26,383 nt of DNA from an uncultured bacterium. Its GTDB lineage: Bacteria > Fidelibacterota > Marinisomatia > Marinisomatales > AB-629-J13. The notes under the pieces were generated by a model that saw only the letters and a program-made list of their open reading frames with translations, searched no databases and was not told where the DNA came from. Made by a program: the position numbers and the translations under genes. The stretch is taken from positions 1-26,383 of the forward strand of contig CAZOUJ010000004.1 in NCBI GenBank assembly GCA_964582955.1, written 5' to 3'. Of this stretch, positions 17,161-26,334 are shown piece after piece (within the stretch, counting starts at the first letter, position 1; the number at the start of each line of letters is the position of its first letter).

Positions 17161-18410
17161 ATTTTTCCTACAAGGAATCCTTTGCTCACAAGATGGATGA
17201 GCAGGATTCGTTAAAAAAGTTCCGGAATAAGTTTCATATTCCCCCCGCAGATCAAAGAGATCAGTCTATTTATTTTTGCGGTAATTCACTGGGGCTCCAA
17301 CCAAAAAATGCAGAAAAATATATCCAACAAGAAATAGATAACTGGAGATTGATGGGAGTAAAGGGTCACACAAAGGGAGACACCCCTTGGTTGCCATATC
17401 ATGAATTACTGACTGATTACACCTCCGAGCTTGTAGGGGGCTTGTCCTCTGAAGTGGTTGTTATGAACTCACTGACAGTAAATATTCATTTACTTATGGT
17501 TTCTTTTTACCGGCCAACTAACAAACGTTATAAAATTCTTATTGAAGACCATGCTTTTCCTTCCGATCGATTTGCTCTTGAATCACAAGTTAGGTTCCAC
17601 GGATTCAGTCCAGATGAAGCAATCGTTACTATGAAATCGGGATCCAGGAAACAGTGTATAACGACGGATGAAATTTTAGATTATATCAATAGGAATAAAG
17701 ATAATCTGGCAATGATATTTATGGGGGGAGTAAATTATTTCACGGGCCAAGTATTTGATATGAAAACTGTAACTGAAGCGGGACATAGTGCAGGGTGTAT
17801 TGTTGGGTTTGACCTGGCGCACGGGGCTGGAAATATTATTCTTGAACTACATGATTGGAATGTTGATTTTGCAGCATGGTGTAGTTATAAATATTTAAAC
17901 GGTGGTCCTGGTAGTCTTTCAGGTGTATTTATTCATGAGAACCATCATGGTAATAACAAACTGCCACGCTTTAATGGATGGTGGGGGCATAATAAAAATA
18001 CTCGTTTTAACATGGGAAATTCATTTGATTCTCTTAGCGGAGCGGAAGGTTGGCAATGTTCCAATCCGCCCATTTTTCCTCTGGCGTCCCTGCGAGCGTC
18101 CATGGAGTTATTCCACGCCGCAGGAATAAAGTCACTGAGAGAAAAAAGTAAACTGCTTACCGACTATTTATCTTTTCTACTGAACGATCTTCCATTGGAA
18201 AATATTACTCCGCTTTCCCCTAAGGAAAAAGGATGTCAGCTATCAATTATTTTAAAGAGAAGGGGTAGAGAAATTTTTCAGGAATTAGCTCAAAAAGGGG
18301 TGGTCGCAGATTGGCGAGAACCGAATGTTATTCGCATTGCTCCTGTCCCATTTTACAATACATTTTATGAAGTGTGGAAATTTTCTAAATTATTAAAAGA
18401 AGCGATGTGA
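17157..18410 (+). CDS. kynU: Kynureninase
   Basis: YFCGNSLGLQP, VVMNSLTVNIH, FDLAHGAGN, WCSYKYLNGGPG (PLP Lys), GWWGH, DWREPNVIRIAP. Confidence 0.97.
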   Translation: MNFSYKESFAHKMDEQDSLKKFRNKFHIPPADQRDQSIYFCGNSLGLQPKNAEKYIQQEIDNWRLMGVKGHTKGDTPWLPYHELLTDYTSELVGGLSSEVVVMNSLTVNIHLLMVSFYRPTNKRYKILIEDHAFPSDRFALESQVRFHGFSPDEAIVTMKSGSRKQCITTDEILDYINRNKDNLAMIFMGGVNYFTGQVFDMKTVTEAGHSAGCIVGFDLAHGAGNIILELHDWNVDFAAWCSYKYLNGGPGSLSGVFIHENHHGNNKLPRFNGWWGHNKNTRFNMGNSFDSLSGAEGWQCSNPPIFPLASLRASMELFHAAGIKSLREKSKLLTDYLSFLLNDLPLENITPLSPKEKGCQLSIILKRRGREIFQELAQKGVVADWREPNVIRIAPVPFYNTFYEVWKFSKLLKEAM

Positions 18411-19768
18411 AATCGAGTGGGAATGAAAAAATAACCGTTGTTGGGGGAGGATTATCCGGTCCGGTTATGGCAATGTATCTTGCCAAAAAAGGAATTAGGG
18501 TTGACATATATGAGCGCAGACCAGATATGCGCAAAGAAAATATCTCCGCTGGGAGGTCTATCAATCTGGCGATTTCAAAACGGGGAATCGCGGCCTTGGA
18601 AGAGATAGGAGTTTTTCACCAAATATCTTCCCGATTAATTCCGATGTATGGGAGAAAGATTCACGATATAGATGGGAATAATCGGTTTTTGTCCTATGGA
18701 AGATCTGATCAGTATATTAACTCTGTTTCCCGTTCTGAACTGAATATTCTATTAATGACGGAAGCGGAAAAGACCGATCAGATACGTTTTTTATTCCAAC
18801 ATAGCTGTAGTGGAATGGATTTGGAATCAGGGACTGTTTTTTTTAATAATGAGGTTAATGGAGATCAGAAAACTCTACAAGGAACTCCGGTAATTGCTGC
18901 AGACGGATCTGGTTCTGCAGTGAGAGAATCCATGATAGAAAGTGGACATATATCTGGATCGTTTGACCCTCTTGGACATTCATACAAGGAGCTATCTATT
19001 CCTCCCGATAAATCTGGCGAATTTCAATTGGACCCAAATGCTCTGCACATTTGGCCCCGAGGTAAATTTATGCTTATTGCACTGCCAAATATGGATGGGT
19101 CATTCACTGTGACATTGTTTTTACCAAATACCGGAGATATAAGCTTTGCCACTATCAGATCTCTGGACGATCTTAATATTTTTTTCGAGAAATATTTTCC
19201 GGACGTTCTTGAGTTCATACCTAATTTGGAAATTGATTTTTTTTCAAATCCAACAGGAAAACTTGGAACAGTTAGATGTTCTCAATGGAATGTGAATGAA
19301 TCAGTTCTCATTGGTGATGCGGCTCACGCAGTGGTGCCTTTTTTTGGGCAGGGTATGAATGCTTCCTTTGAAGATTGCACTGTTTTGAACAAAATGATAG
19401 GTAACAGTAATGATTGGAAGAAATTATTTGAATCATTTTCAAAAAAAAGAAAAATAGATGGGGATGCCATTGCAGATATGGCTTTAGAGAATTATATTGA
19501 AATGAGAGATTCAGTCAACAACGATAGATTTCTGAATCAAAGAGACTTGGAAAGACAACTGGAAATAAAATACCCAGATCAATTTATTTCACGATATGCG
19601 ATGGTGTCATTTCATCAAATTCCATATTCTATTATTCAGGAACGGGGTAAGATTCAACAGGAAATACTCGATTGGATCATTGAGAATAACAGTGCAGATA
19701 TACCTGTGTCAGCTGAAACAATAGAAAAAGAAATCAAATCTAAACTTTCAGTTTTACCATTATTATGA
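18407..19768 (+). CDS. kmo: Kynurenine 3-monooxygenase
   Basis: VGGGLSG, GRSINLAIS, YKELSIP, NALHIWPRG, IGDAAHAVVPFFGQGMN. GTG start overlaps the kynU stop. Confidence 0.96.
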   Translation: MKSSGNEKITVVGGGLSGPVMAMYLAKKGIRVDIYERRPDMRKENISAGRSINLAISKRGIAALEEIGVFHQISSRLIPMYGRKIHDIDGNNRFLSYGRSDQYINSVSRSELNILLMTEAEKTDQIRFLFQHSCSGMDLESGTVFFNNEVNGDQKTLQGTPVIAADGSGSAVRESMIESGHISGSFDPLGHSYKELSIPPDKSGEFQLDPNALHIWPRGKFMLIALPNMDGSFTVTLFLPNTGDISFATIRSLDDLNIFFEKYFPDVLEFIPNLEIDFFSNPTGKLGTVRCSQWNVNESVLIGDAAHAVVPFFGQGMNASFEDCTVLNKMIGNSNDWKKLFESFSKKRKIDGDAIADMALENYIEMRDSVNNDRFLNQRDLERQLEIKYPDQFISRYAMVSFHQIPYSIIQERGKIQQEILDWIIENNSADIPVSAETIEKEIKSKLSVLPLL

Positions 19769-19910
19769 GATGGAATATCATTTTCAATAAAATTATATTG
19801 ATCCACGGGATGTTGAGTATTTCATTGGCACAGAATCAGGGAGATATTTATTTAATAGTGCTGATGGAGATATAAACCGCAGAAAAGATCAAAATATTAG
19901 TGATAGATGA
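19765..19910 (+). pseudogene. Probable 5' remnant of a secreted-protein gene (signal peptide, then frameshift and stop)
   Basis: ATGA overlap with the kmo stop. MRWNIIFNKIILIHGMLSISLA-QNQGDIY resembles a Sec signal with a SLA|Q cleavage site. The frame stops at 19875; a one-base shift continues FNSADGDINRRKDQNISDR to TGA 19910. Confidence 0.4.
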
Positions 19911-20031
19911 GTAATCAATCCACCTTTATAAATCTGTCTAATGCTTTGTAAATTTAAAGGCTTTTTATGAACCAATTTAGGTACAAAAATGGATTATAAA
20001 ACAAAAAATCCGACAACCCATTATATAATCC

Positions 20032-20949
20032 ATGTATAATAATTACAGAACGATATTTCAAGAAAAAATAGACGCTGAAATAAAAATTGAGCCAAAAGAC
20101 TGGATGCCGGACAAATACCGAAGTCATCTTATTCGGCAGATTTCACAGCATGCCCATTCGGAAATTATCGGTATGCAGCCCGAAGGTAATTGGATTACCC
20201 GTGCACCTACTCTCCGGGCCAAAATGGTGCTCATCGCTAAGGTTCAAGATGAAGCTGGCCATGGTTTATATCTTTACAGCGCCACAGAGACTTTAGGTAT
20301 AACCCGGAGTAAACTGATTGAGCAACTTCAGTCTGGAAAAGCTAAATATTCCAACATTTTTAATTACCCTACGCTTACTTGGGCTGATATAGGTGCCATT
20401 GGCTGGCTAGTGGACGGAGCAGCAATTGTAAATCAGCAGTCATTACGAAAAACTTCCTATGGCCCCTACTCCAGGGCCATGATTCGCATTTGTAAAGAAG
20501 AGAGTTTTCATCAACGCCAAGGGTATGAAATCATGTCTAAAATGGCAAATGGAACTCCTGAACAACAGGAAATGGCTCAGGATGCTCTCAACCGCTGGTG
20601 GTGGCCATCTCTCATGATGTTTGGTCCCCATGACTCTGATTCAGCGCACTCCTCCATTGCTATGAAGTGGAAGATTAAGCGAAATACCAATGATGAGCTG
20701 AGACAGATTTTTGTAGATCGAACGGTAAAACAAGCAGACTTAATTGGATTGAAAATTCCAGATGATAACCTGAAATGGAATCCCAAAAAAAAGCATTATG
20801 ATTTTGGAGATATTAATTGGGATGAATTCTGGGATGTGATTAGCGGGAATGGATTTTGCAATAGGGAGCGGATGAGTAATCATATCAACTCACACAAAGA
20901 AGGTAAATGGGTAAGAGAAGCAGCATTGGCTTATGCAAAAAAAATATAA
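20032..20949 (+). CDS. paaA: 1,2-phenylacetyl-CoA epoxidase catalytic subunit A
   Basis: [46 protein letters not shown]. Confidence 0.97.
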   Translation: MYNNYRTIFQEKIDAEIKIEPKDWMPDKYRSHLIRQISQHAHSEIIGMQPEGNWITRAPTLRAKMVLIAKVQDEAGHGLYLYSATETLGITRSKLIEQLQSGKAKYSNIFNYPTLTWADIGAIGWLVDGAAIVNQQSLRKTSYGPYSRAMIRICKEESFHQRQGYEIMSKMANGTPEQQEMAQDALNRWWWPSLMMFGPHDSDSAHSSIAMKWKIKRNTNDELRQIFVDRTVKQADLIGLKIPDDNLKWNPKKKHYDFGDINWDEFWDVISGNGFCNRERMSNHINSHKEGKWVREAALAYAKKI

Positions 20950-20961
20950 ACGGAAATAAAA

Positions 20962-21249
20962 ATGAGTAAAAACGAACTGCCTTTATGGGAAGTCTTTATA
21001 CAGCCCAAAACAGGAGTCCAGTTTCAACACGCTGGCTCTTTACATGCAGCTGATAAGGAAATGGCTCTTCAGAATGCAAGAGATTTATACACCAGGAGGC
21101 AGGAAGGTACCTGTATATGGGTGGTAAAAGCTGAACATATTGTTTCTTCAAATTCAGAAGACAGAGAACCCTTTTTCGATCCTGCAGATGATAAAGTATA
21201 CCGATATCCCACCTTTTTTAAGGTGTCCAAAAAGGCTAAAGGGTTGTAA
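20962..21249 (+). CDS. paaB: 1,2-phenylacetyl-CoA epoxidase subunit B
   Basis: PLWEVF, HAGSLHAADKEMALQNARDLYTRRQEG, DKVYRYP. Confidence 0.96.
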   Translation: MSKNELPLWEVFIQPKTGVQFQHAGSLHAADKEMALQNARDLYTRRQEGTCIWVVKAEHIVSSNSEDREPFFDPADDKVYRYPTFFKVSKKAKGL

Positions 21250-22004
21250 TGGCTAAAGATGATCTTTTTATATATGTGTTAGCGCTGGGAGATGACGCCC
21301 TCATTTTAGGGCAAAGGTTATCTGAGTGGGCATATAAGGCTCCTTTCCTGGAAGAAGATATTGCTCTCAGCAATATATCCCTTGACATGTTCGGCAGGGC
21401 TAATCTTTATCTGGAATATGCGACTTCTCTAAATGGGGGAGATACCACAGCGGATGATCTGGCCTTTAAACGCAATGAGAGGGAATTCACCAACCATCTT
21501 TTATGTGAACAGCCCAATGGAAATTTTGCCGACACCATGGTGCGTCAATTTTTCCTGGATGTCTTTAACAAATTATTTTTAGAGAAGTTAATTGAAAGCA
21601 ATAACAGTCAGCTTTCAGCTATTGCCCAGAAATCAATAAAGGAAACTAACTATCATTTCCGTCATTCTTCTAAGTGGATTATTCGGCTCGGATTCGGTAC
21701 ACCAGAAAGCCATACAAAGGCCCAATCTGCAATCAACAATTTATGGTTGTTTACGGAAGAATTGTTTGAAATGAACAAAAACGATATTCAAATTGCAGAT
21801 CAGAATATTGGTGTGGACTGTAGAGAGCTGAAGCCTGCATGGAATAATACTGTAAATAATATATTCGCAGAAGCCACTCTTAATAGGCCTGAAGACGGAA
21901 ATATGATAACTGGAGGAAGGCAAGGAATTCACACTGAACACTTGGGTCATATACTTTCAGATATGCAGTATCTCCAACGGGCATATCCGGATGCTAAATG
22001 GTAA
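21249..22004 (+). CDS. paaC: 1,2-phenylacetyl-CoA epoxidase subunit C
   Basis: LGDDALILGQRLSEW, LEEDIALSNI, KETNYH, GRQGIHTEHLG, MQYLQRAYPDAKW. Confidence 0.96.
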   Translation: MAKDDLFIYVLALGDDALILGQRLSEWAYKAPFLEEDIALSNISLDMFGRANLYLEYATSLNGGDTTADDLAFKRNEREFTNHLLCEQPNGNFADTMVRQFFLDVFNKLFLEKLIESNNSQLSAIAQKSIKETNYHFRHSSKWIIRLGFGTPESHTKAQSAINNLWLFTEELFEMNKNDIQIADQNIGVDCRELKPAWNNTVNNIFAEATLNRPEDGNMITGGRQGIHTEHLGHILSDMQYLQRAYPDAKW

Positions 22005-22453
22005 AAGATATTTCAACTGATACAATCTGGGGAATACTGAAAATGATTCCTGATCCTGAAATCCCTGCTATTTCAATAGTAGATTTAGGTATCATTAGGG
22101 ATGTTAAATATGATGACGACATGTTTAATATAACCATTACTCCAACCTATATTGGTTGTCCAGCCATGTCATTTATAAAAGAAGAAATTATTTATAATAT
22201 GGAATCACAGGGTGTTATAAATTACCAAGTCAAAACATCTTTAGCACCTCCTTGGACGACGGATTGGATGAGTGACGAAGTAAAAGCCAAACTGAAGGAT
22301 GCAGGTATAGCACCTCCGTCAAAAAATGTTATTTGTCCGCAATGTGATTCTATGAAAGTAGAGGTCATCAGTAATTTTGGTTCAACTGCTTGTAAGGCCC
22401 TGTACAAGTGTCTTTCATGCGCTGAGCCTTTTCATCATTTTAAACAGTTTTAA
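21998..22453 (+). CDS. paaD: 1,2-phenylacetyl-CoA epoxidase subunit PaaD (assembly factor)
   Basis: DPEIPAISIVDLG, TPTYIGCPAM, WTTDW, CPQC...FGSTACKALYKC..C.EPFHHFK. Confidence 0.95.
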   Translation: MVKDISTDTIWGILKMIPDPEIPAISIVDLGIIRDVKYDDDMFNITITPTYIGCPAMSFIKEEIIYNMESQGVINYQVKTSLAPPWTTDWMSDEVKAKLKDAGIAPPSKNVICPQCDSMKVEVISNFGSTACKALYKCLSCAEPFHHFKQF

Positions 22454-22458
22454 GGCGG

Positions 22459-23229
22459 ATGATTCAGTTTAAAAAAATAGAAGCCGTTGCAAAAATTACC
22501 CTTAATCGCCCAGAAAAATACAACTCGTTTGTGCGGGAGATGGCACTTGAGTTACAAAATATAATGGATGAGTGTGGTCAGGATGAAACAATCCGAAGTA
22601 TATTGATTACAGGAGCGGGGAAGGCTTTTTGCGCTGGTCAGGATTTAAAAGAAGCAATTAATCCAGATGGCCCTGAAATTGAAGAAATTGTTCGGCAGCA
22701 TTATAATCCCATTATACAGAAAATCAAAGGGATTGAAAAACCGGTAATTGCTGCGGTGAATGGTGTAGCAGCTGGAGCAGGTGCAAATCTGGCCTTGGCA
22801 TGTGATATTGTAGTGGCAGCAAAGTCTGCAAGTTTTATACAGGCTTTCAGTAAGATTGGACTTATCCCGGACAGTGGTGGTACTTACTTTCTTCCTCGTC
22901 TTATTGGACTACCTAAAGCAGCAGCCATAATGATGACGGGTGAAAGTGTCATCGCAGAAAAAGCTGAATCACTGGGAATGATTTATGCCGTATATGAAGA
23001 TACTGAATTTGAAAACAGTGCAATGAAACTGGCAAAAACAATTGCATCCATGCCCACAAAGGGATTGGGATATACCAAAAAACTACTATCCCAAACGTTT
23101 AATAATTCATTAAATGAGCAGCTCAGCGTGGAAGCTGAAACCCAAGCATTGTCTGCAGCTACTGAAGACCATAAAGAAGGTATTCGGGCATTTTTGGAAA
23201 AACGGACACCACATTTTACGGGGAAATGA
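22459..23229 (+). CDS. paaG: Crotonase-family ring-1,2-epoxyphenylacetyl-CoA isomerase
   Basis: LNRPEKYNSF, FCAGQDL, GVAAGAGANLALACD, FSKIGLIPDSGG (Asp type, PaaG-like); paa context. Confidence 0.88.
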   Translation: MIQFKKIEAVAKITLNRPEKYNSFVREMALELQNIMDECGQDETIRSILITGAGKAFCAGQDLKEAINPDGPEIEEIVRQHYNPIIQKIKGIEKPVIAAVNGVAAGAGANLALACDIVVAAKSASFIQAFSKIGLIPDSGGTYFLPRLIGLPKAAAIMMTGESVIAEKAESLGMIYAVYEDTEFENSAMKLAKTIASMPTKGLGYTKKLLSQTFNNSLNEQLSVEAETQALSAATEDHKEGIRAFLEKRTPHFTGK

Positions 23230-24389
23230 AACAAAAAATATCTATCATTGGTGCTGGGAACATGGGCACAGGCATTGCCCAGGTTGCAGCAACATATGGA
23301 GCTTGTGTCACCCTAATAGATACCTCACAGGAAGCGATAAAACGCTCAAGGGCCAGTCTTCATTCAGTTATGAATCGCTTAGTAGAAAAAGAAAAATTAA
23401 GTCCGGAGGAATCGGGAGCAATCTTATCAAGAATTCAGTGGACCAATGAAATCGGAAGTGTTGCTGATAGCAAATTGGTTATTGAAGCAGTGATTGAAAA
23501 TATGGAAGTAAAACAGAAAACATTTTCGGATGTTGAATCTTTGGTTTCAAATGACTGTATCATTTCCACTAACACTTCATCACTGTCAGTAGAGGGAATC
23601 GCTTTATCATGTTCTAATCTTAAAAGGATTATAGGTATTCATTTTTTCAACCCGGTGCCTTTAATGAAGTTGGTGGAAGTAGTTCCGGTAGAGCAGACAG
23701 AACCTAGTTTAATAGAAAACGTTAAATCAATCTTGCAAGGCTGGGGAAAGACCGTTGTAATAGCAAAGGATACACCGGGGTTTATTGTAAATAGGGTTGC
23801 TAGACCGTTTTATGGCGAAGCACTTAGGATTTATGATGAAGGCCTTGCAGATTTTGCAACTATTGACTGGGCTATGAAGGAATTTGGAGGATTCAAAATG
23901 GGACCATTTGAACTTATGGATTATATTGGAAATGATGTGAACTATAATGCAACGGAATCTGTTTATATTGGAACAAACTATAACCCTCGTTATAAACCGT
24001 CACCTACCCAGAAAAAGATGGTGGATGAAGGATTGTTGGGCAGGAAATCAGAGCAAGGATATTATGATTATTCAAATGGTGCCGCAATTCCAAAACCTGC
24101 TGCAGATGAAGAATCCGGTAAAAAAATATTTAAGCGAATTCTGGCAATGCTCATTAATGAAGCAGCTGATACATTGAATCTTGCGATTGCATCCCGCGAT
24201 GACATTGATATAGCCATGACTACAGGCGTGAACTATCCTAGAGGATTGCTAAGATGGGCAGATGAGATAGGAGTTGATTTGATATTTCAACAGCTCTGCA
24301 AACTCAAATCTGATTTAGGTGACGAGCGCTATAGACCGAGTCCTTTATTGATAAAAATGGTAAAGGAGAACAGGACCTTTTACGCATGA
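23226..24389 (+). CDS. paaH: 3-hydroxyacyl-CoA (3-hydroxyadipyl-CoA) dehydrogenase
   Basis: IIGAGNMGTGIA, STNTSSLS, GIHFFNPVP, PGFIVNRVARPFYGEA, MGPFELMD, duplicated C-terminal domain. Confidence 0.9.
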   Translation: MKQKISIIGAGNMGTGIAQVAATYGACVTLIDTSQEAIKRSRASLHSVMNRLVEKEKLSPEESGAILSRIQWTNEIGSVADSKLVIEAVIENMEVKQKTFSDVESLVSNDCIISTNTSSLSVEGIALSCSNLKRIIGIHFFNPVPLMKLVEVVPVEQTEPSLIENVKSILQGWGKTVVIAKDTPGFIVNRVARPFYGEALRIYDEGLADFATIDWAMKEFGGFKMGPFELMDYIGNDVNYNATESVYIGTNYNPRYKPSPTQKKMVDEGLLGRKSEQGYYDYSNGAAIPKPAADEESGKKIFKRILAMLINEAADTLNLAIASRDDIDIAMTTGVNYPRGLLRWADEIGVDLIFQQLCKLKSDLGDERYRPSPLLIKMVKENRTFYA

Positions 24390-24808
24390 GCAAAGCTTTA
24401 AAAATAGCCAATAAAATGTATGAACAGGATGCCTTCAGCCAGTGGCTGGGGATTAAAATTGAGGATATCTCCGATGGATATTGTCAGCTGAAAATGATAG
24501 TCAGGAAAGAAATGTTGAACGGATTTCATATTGCACATGGAGGCATTGCATATTCTCTAGCCGATAGTGCTTTGGCTTTTGCATCAAATTCAAATGGTAA
24601 AAAATCTCTTTCAATAGAAACCTCCATTTCACATACTATATCTATTAAAGATGGAGATGAGCTTACTGCAACTACGGAAGAGTTATCTGTTACAGATAAA
24701 ATTGGTGTTTATCTAATTACTGTAACAAATAATAAAGATCAAGAAATAGCGTATTTTAAAGGAACAGTTTATCGTACGTCAATAGGCTGGGCTACAGGAG
24801 ACAAATGA
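24386..24808 (+). CDS. paaI: Hydroxyphenylacetyl-CoA thioesterase PaaI (hotdog fold)
   Basis: DAFSQWLGI, MLNGFHIAHGG...LADSALAFASN. Confidence 0.92.
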   Translation: MSKALKIANKMYEQDAFSQWLGIKIEDISDGYCQLKMIVRKEMLNGFHIAHGGIAYSLADSALAFASNSNGKKSLSIETSISHTISIKDGDELTATTEELSVTDKIGVYLITVTNNKDQEIAYFKGTVYRTSIGWATGDK

Positions 24809-26016
24809 GTAGAAAAGATACGTTTATTATAGATTCTGTACGAACTGCTATTGGGAATTTTGGTGGGTCTTTATCAACTATTCGGACGGATGATTTAGCT
24901 GCCCATGTAATAAAATCGTTAATAGATAGATATGACTTTGATTCTGGTGCAATAGATGATGTTATTATAGGTTGTGCAAATCAAGCCGGTGAAGACAACC
25001 GAAACATTGCCCGAATGGCATCGCTCCTTGCTGGATTACCATATACCGTACCAGGTGAAACAATTAATCGTCTATGTGCCTCTGGTATGTCAGCAGTAAT
25101 TCATGCACACCGCTCTATCCAGGCTGGAGATGGAGATCTTTTTATTTCGGGAGGAGTTGAACATATGACCCGGGGTCCATGGATCATTTCAAAGACCTCA
25201 AAATCTTTTGGCCGGGATGCAGAAATGTATGATTCTAGTTTTGGTTGGCGGTTTATCAATCCGAGGCTGGATGAAGTTTATGGCACTGATAGTATGGGAC
25301 AGACAGCGGAAAATTTAGCTGAAAAATATGATATAAACCGCCAGGACCAGGATGCATTTGCATATAGATCACAGAAAAAGGCATATACAGCACAAACCAA
25401 CGGACGGTTTAAGACAGAGATTGTAGCAGTAAATATTCTGCAGCATAAATCAGATTCGATACTATTTGACGCAGATGAATTTATCAAACCACAAACGACT
25501 ACTGAAGTTTTGGCAACCTTGAACCCGGCGTTTAAAAAGGACGGCACAGTTACAGCGGGGAATTCTTCTGGTATAAATGATGGTGCTATTGCTATGCTTA
25601 TTGCAACAGAAAATGGAGTAAATAACTATGGGCTCAAACCTATAGCTCGAATTGTTGCATCAGCTGTAGTTGGGGTAGAACCATGTATAATGGGGATAGG
25701 TCCTGTTCAAGCTACAAACAATGTTCTGAAAAAAGCAGGATTAAAAATGCAGGATATGGACATTATTGAACTTAATGAGGCATTTGCAGCTCAATCATTG
25801 GCCTGTATTAGGCAATGGAGGATGGAAGAGAATGATCCAAGATTAAATCCAAACGGAGGTTCAATTGCCCTTGGGCATCCCCTTGGGATGAGTGGTACCC
25901 GAATCATCCAAACAGCTGCCGTTGAACTGAAGAAACAAGGTAAAAAATATGCACTAGCAACAATGTGTGTGGGTGTTGGGCAAGGCTATGCTGTAATCAT
26001 TGAAAATGTTAATTAA
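24805..26016 (+). CDS. paaJ: 3-oxoadipyl-CoA / 3-oxo-5,6-dehydrosuberyl-CoA thiolase (PaaJ/PcaF)
   Basis: GCANQAGEDNRNIARM, TINRLCASG, IELNEAFA, GHPLG, MCVGVGQG. Confidence 0.93.
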   Translation: MSRKDTFIIDSVRTAIGNFGGSLSTIRTDDLAAHVIKSLIDRYDFDSGAIDDVIIGCANQAGEDNRNIARMASLLAGLPYTVPGETINRLCASGMSAVIHAHRSIQAGDGDLFISGGVEHMTRGPWIISKTSKSFGRDAEMYDSSFGWRFINPRLDEVYGTDSMGQTAENLAEKYDINRQDQDAFAYRSQKKAYTAQTNGRFKTEIVAVNILQHKSDSILFDADEFIKPQTTTEVLATLNPAFKKDGTVTAGNSSGINDGAIAMLIATENGVNNYGLKPIARIVASAVVGVEPCIMGIGPVQATNNVLKKAGLKMQDMDIIELNEAFAAQSLACIRQWRMEENDPRLNPNGGSIALGHPLGMSGTRIIQTAAVELKKQGKKYALATMCVGVGQGYAVIIENVN

Positions 26017-26093
26017 TAATTATTCCCGTCACACAAAACAGGTAAAAATACCCATTCTTGACATTCAGAGCATCTATCTAACAGGACTTTGCA

Positions 26094-26279
26094 AACATTT
26101 ATGATATGCTTGGTAAAGAGATTACCCAACTGGTTAACACTACTCAACAAGCAGGTTTCAAGTCAGTTCAATGGGATGCTACAGACAGCATGGGCAGGCC
26201 TGTGAGTGCAGGAGTCTACCTCTACCAGATACAGGCAGGAGAGTTTGTGCAGACCAAGAAGATGGTGCTGTTGAAGTAG
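26094..26279 (+). pseudogene. Orphan C-terminal FlgD-Ig / T9SS-type-A-like sorting-domain fragment
   Basis: Not in the ORF track. Frame 3 reads NIYDMLGKEITQLVNTTQQAGFKSVQWDATDSMGRPVSAGVYLYQIQAGEFVQTKKMVLLK-TAG. In-frame TAA at 26079-26081 upstream, so the rest of the gene is missing. Confidence 0.85.
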
Positions 26280-26311
26280 CACCTCTTTGTAAAAAAGTGG
26301 GGATGGGGTAA

Positions 26312-26334
26312 AAGGGGAGCATTACACTCCCCTT
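26312..26334 (+). terminator. GC-rich hairpin, probable terminator
   Basis: AAGGGGAG-CATTACA-CTCCCCTT, perfect 8-bp stem 32 nt after the FlgD-fragment stop; the U tract on + is weak. Confidence 0.6.

Noticed and set aside
337-25547. Remaining short tracked ORFs (60-111 aa) nested in or antisense to assigned genes, e.g. 337-585, 518-760, 2034-2228, 3991-4212, 6935-7225, 23114-23449, 25278-25547
   Set aside because: They overlap genes with strong family motifs and show no coding signatures of their own.
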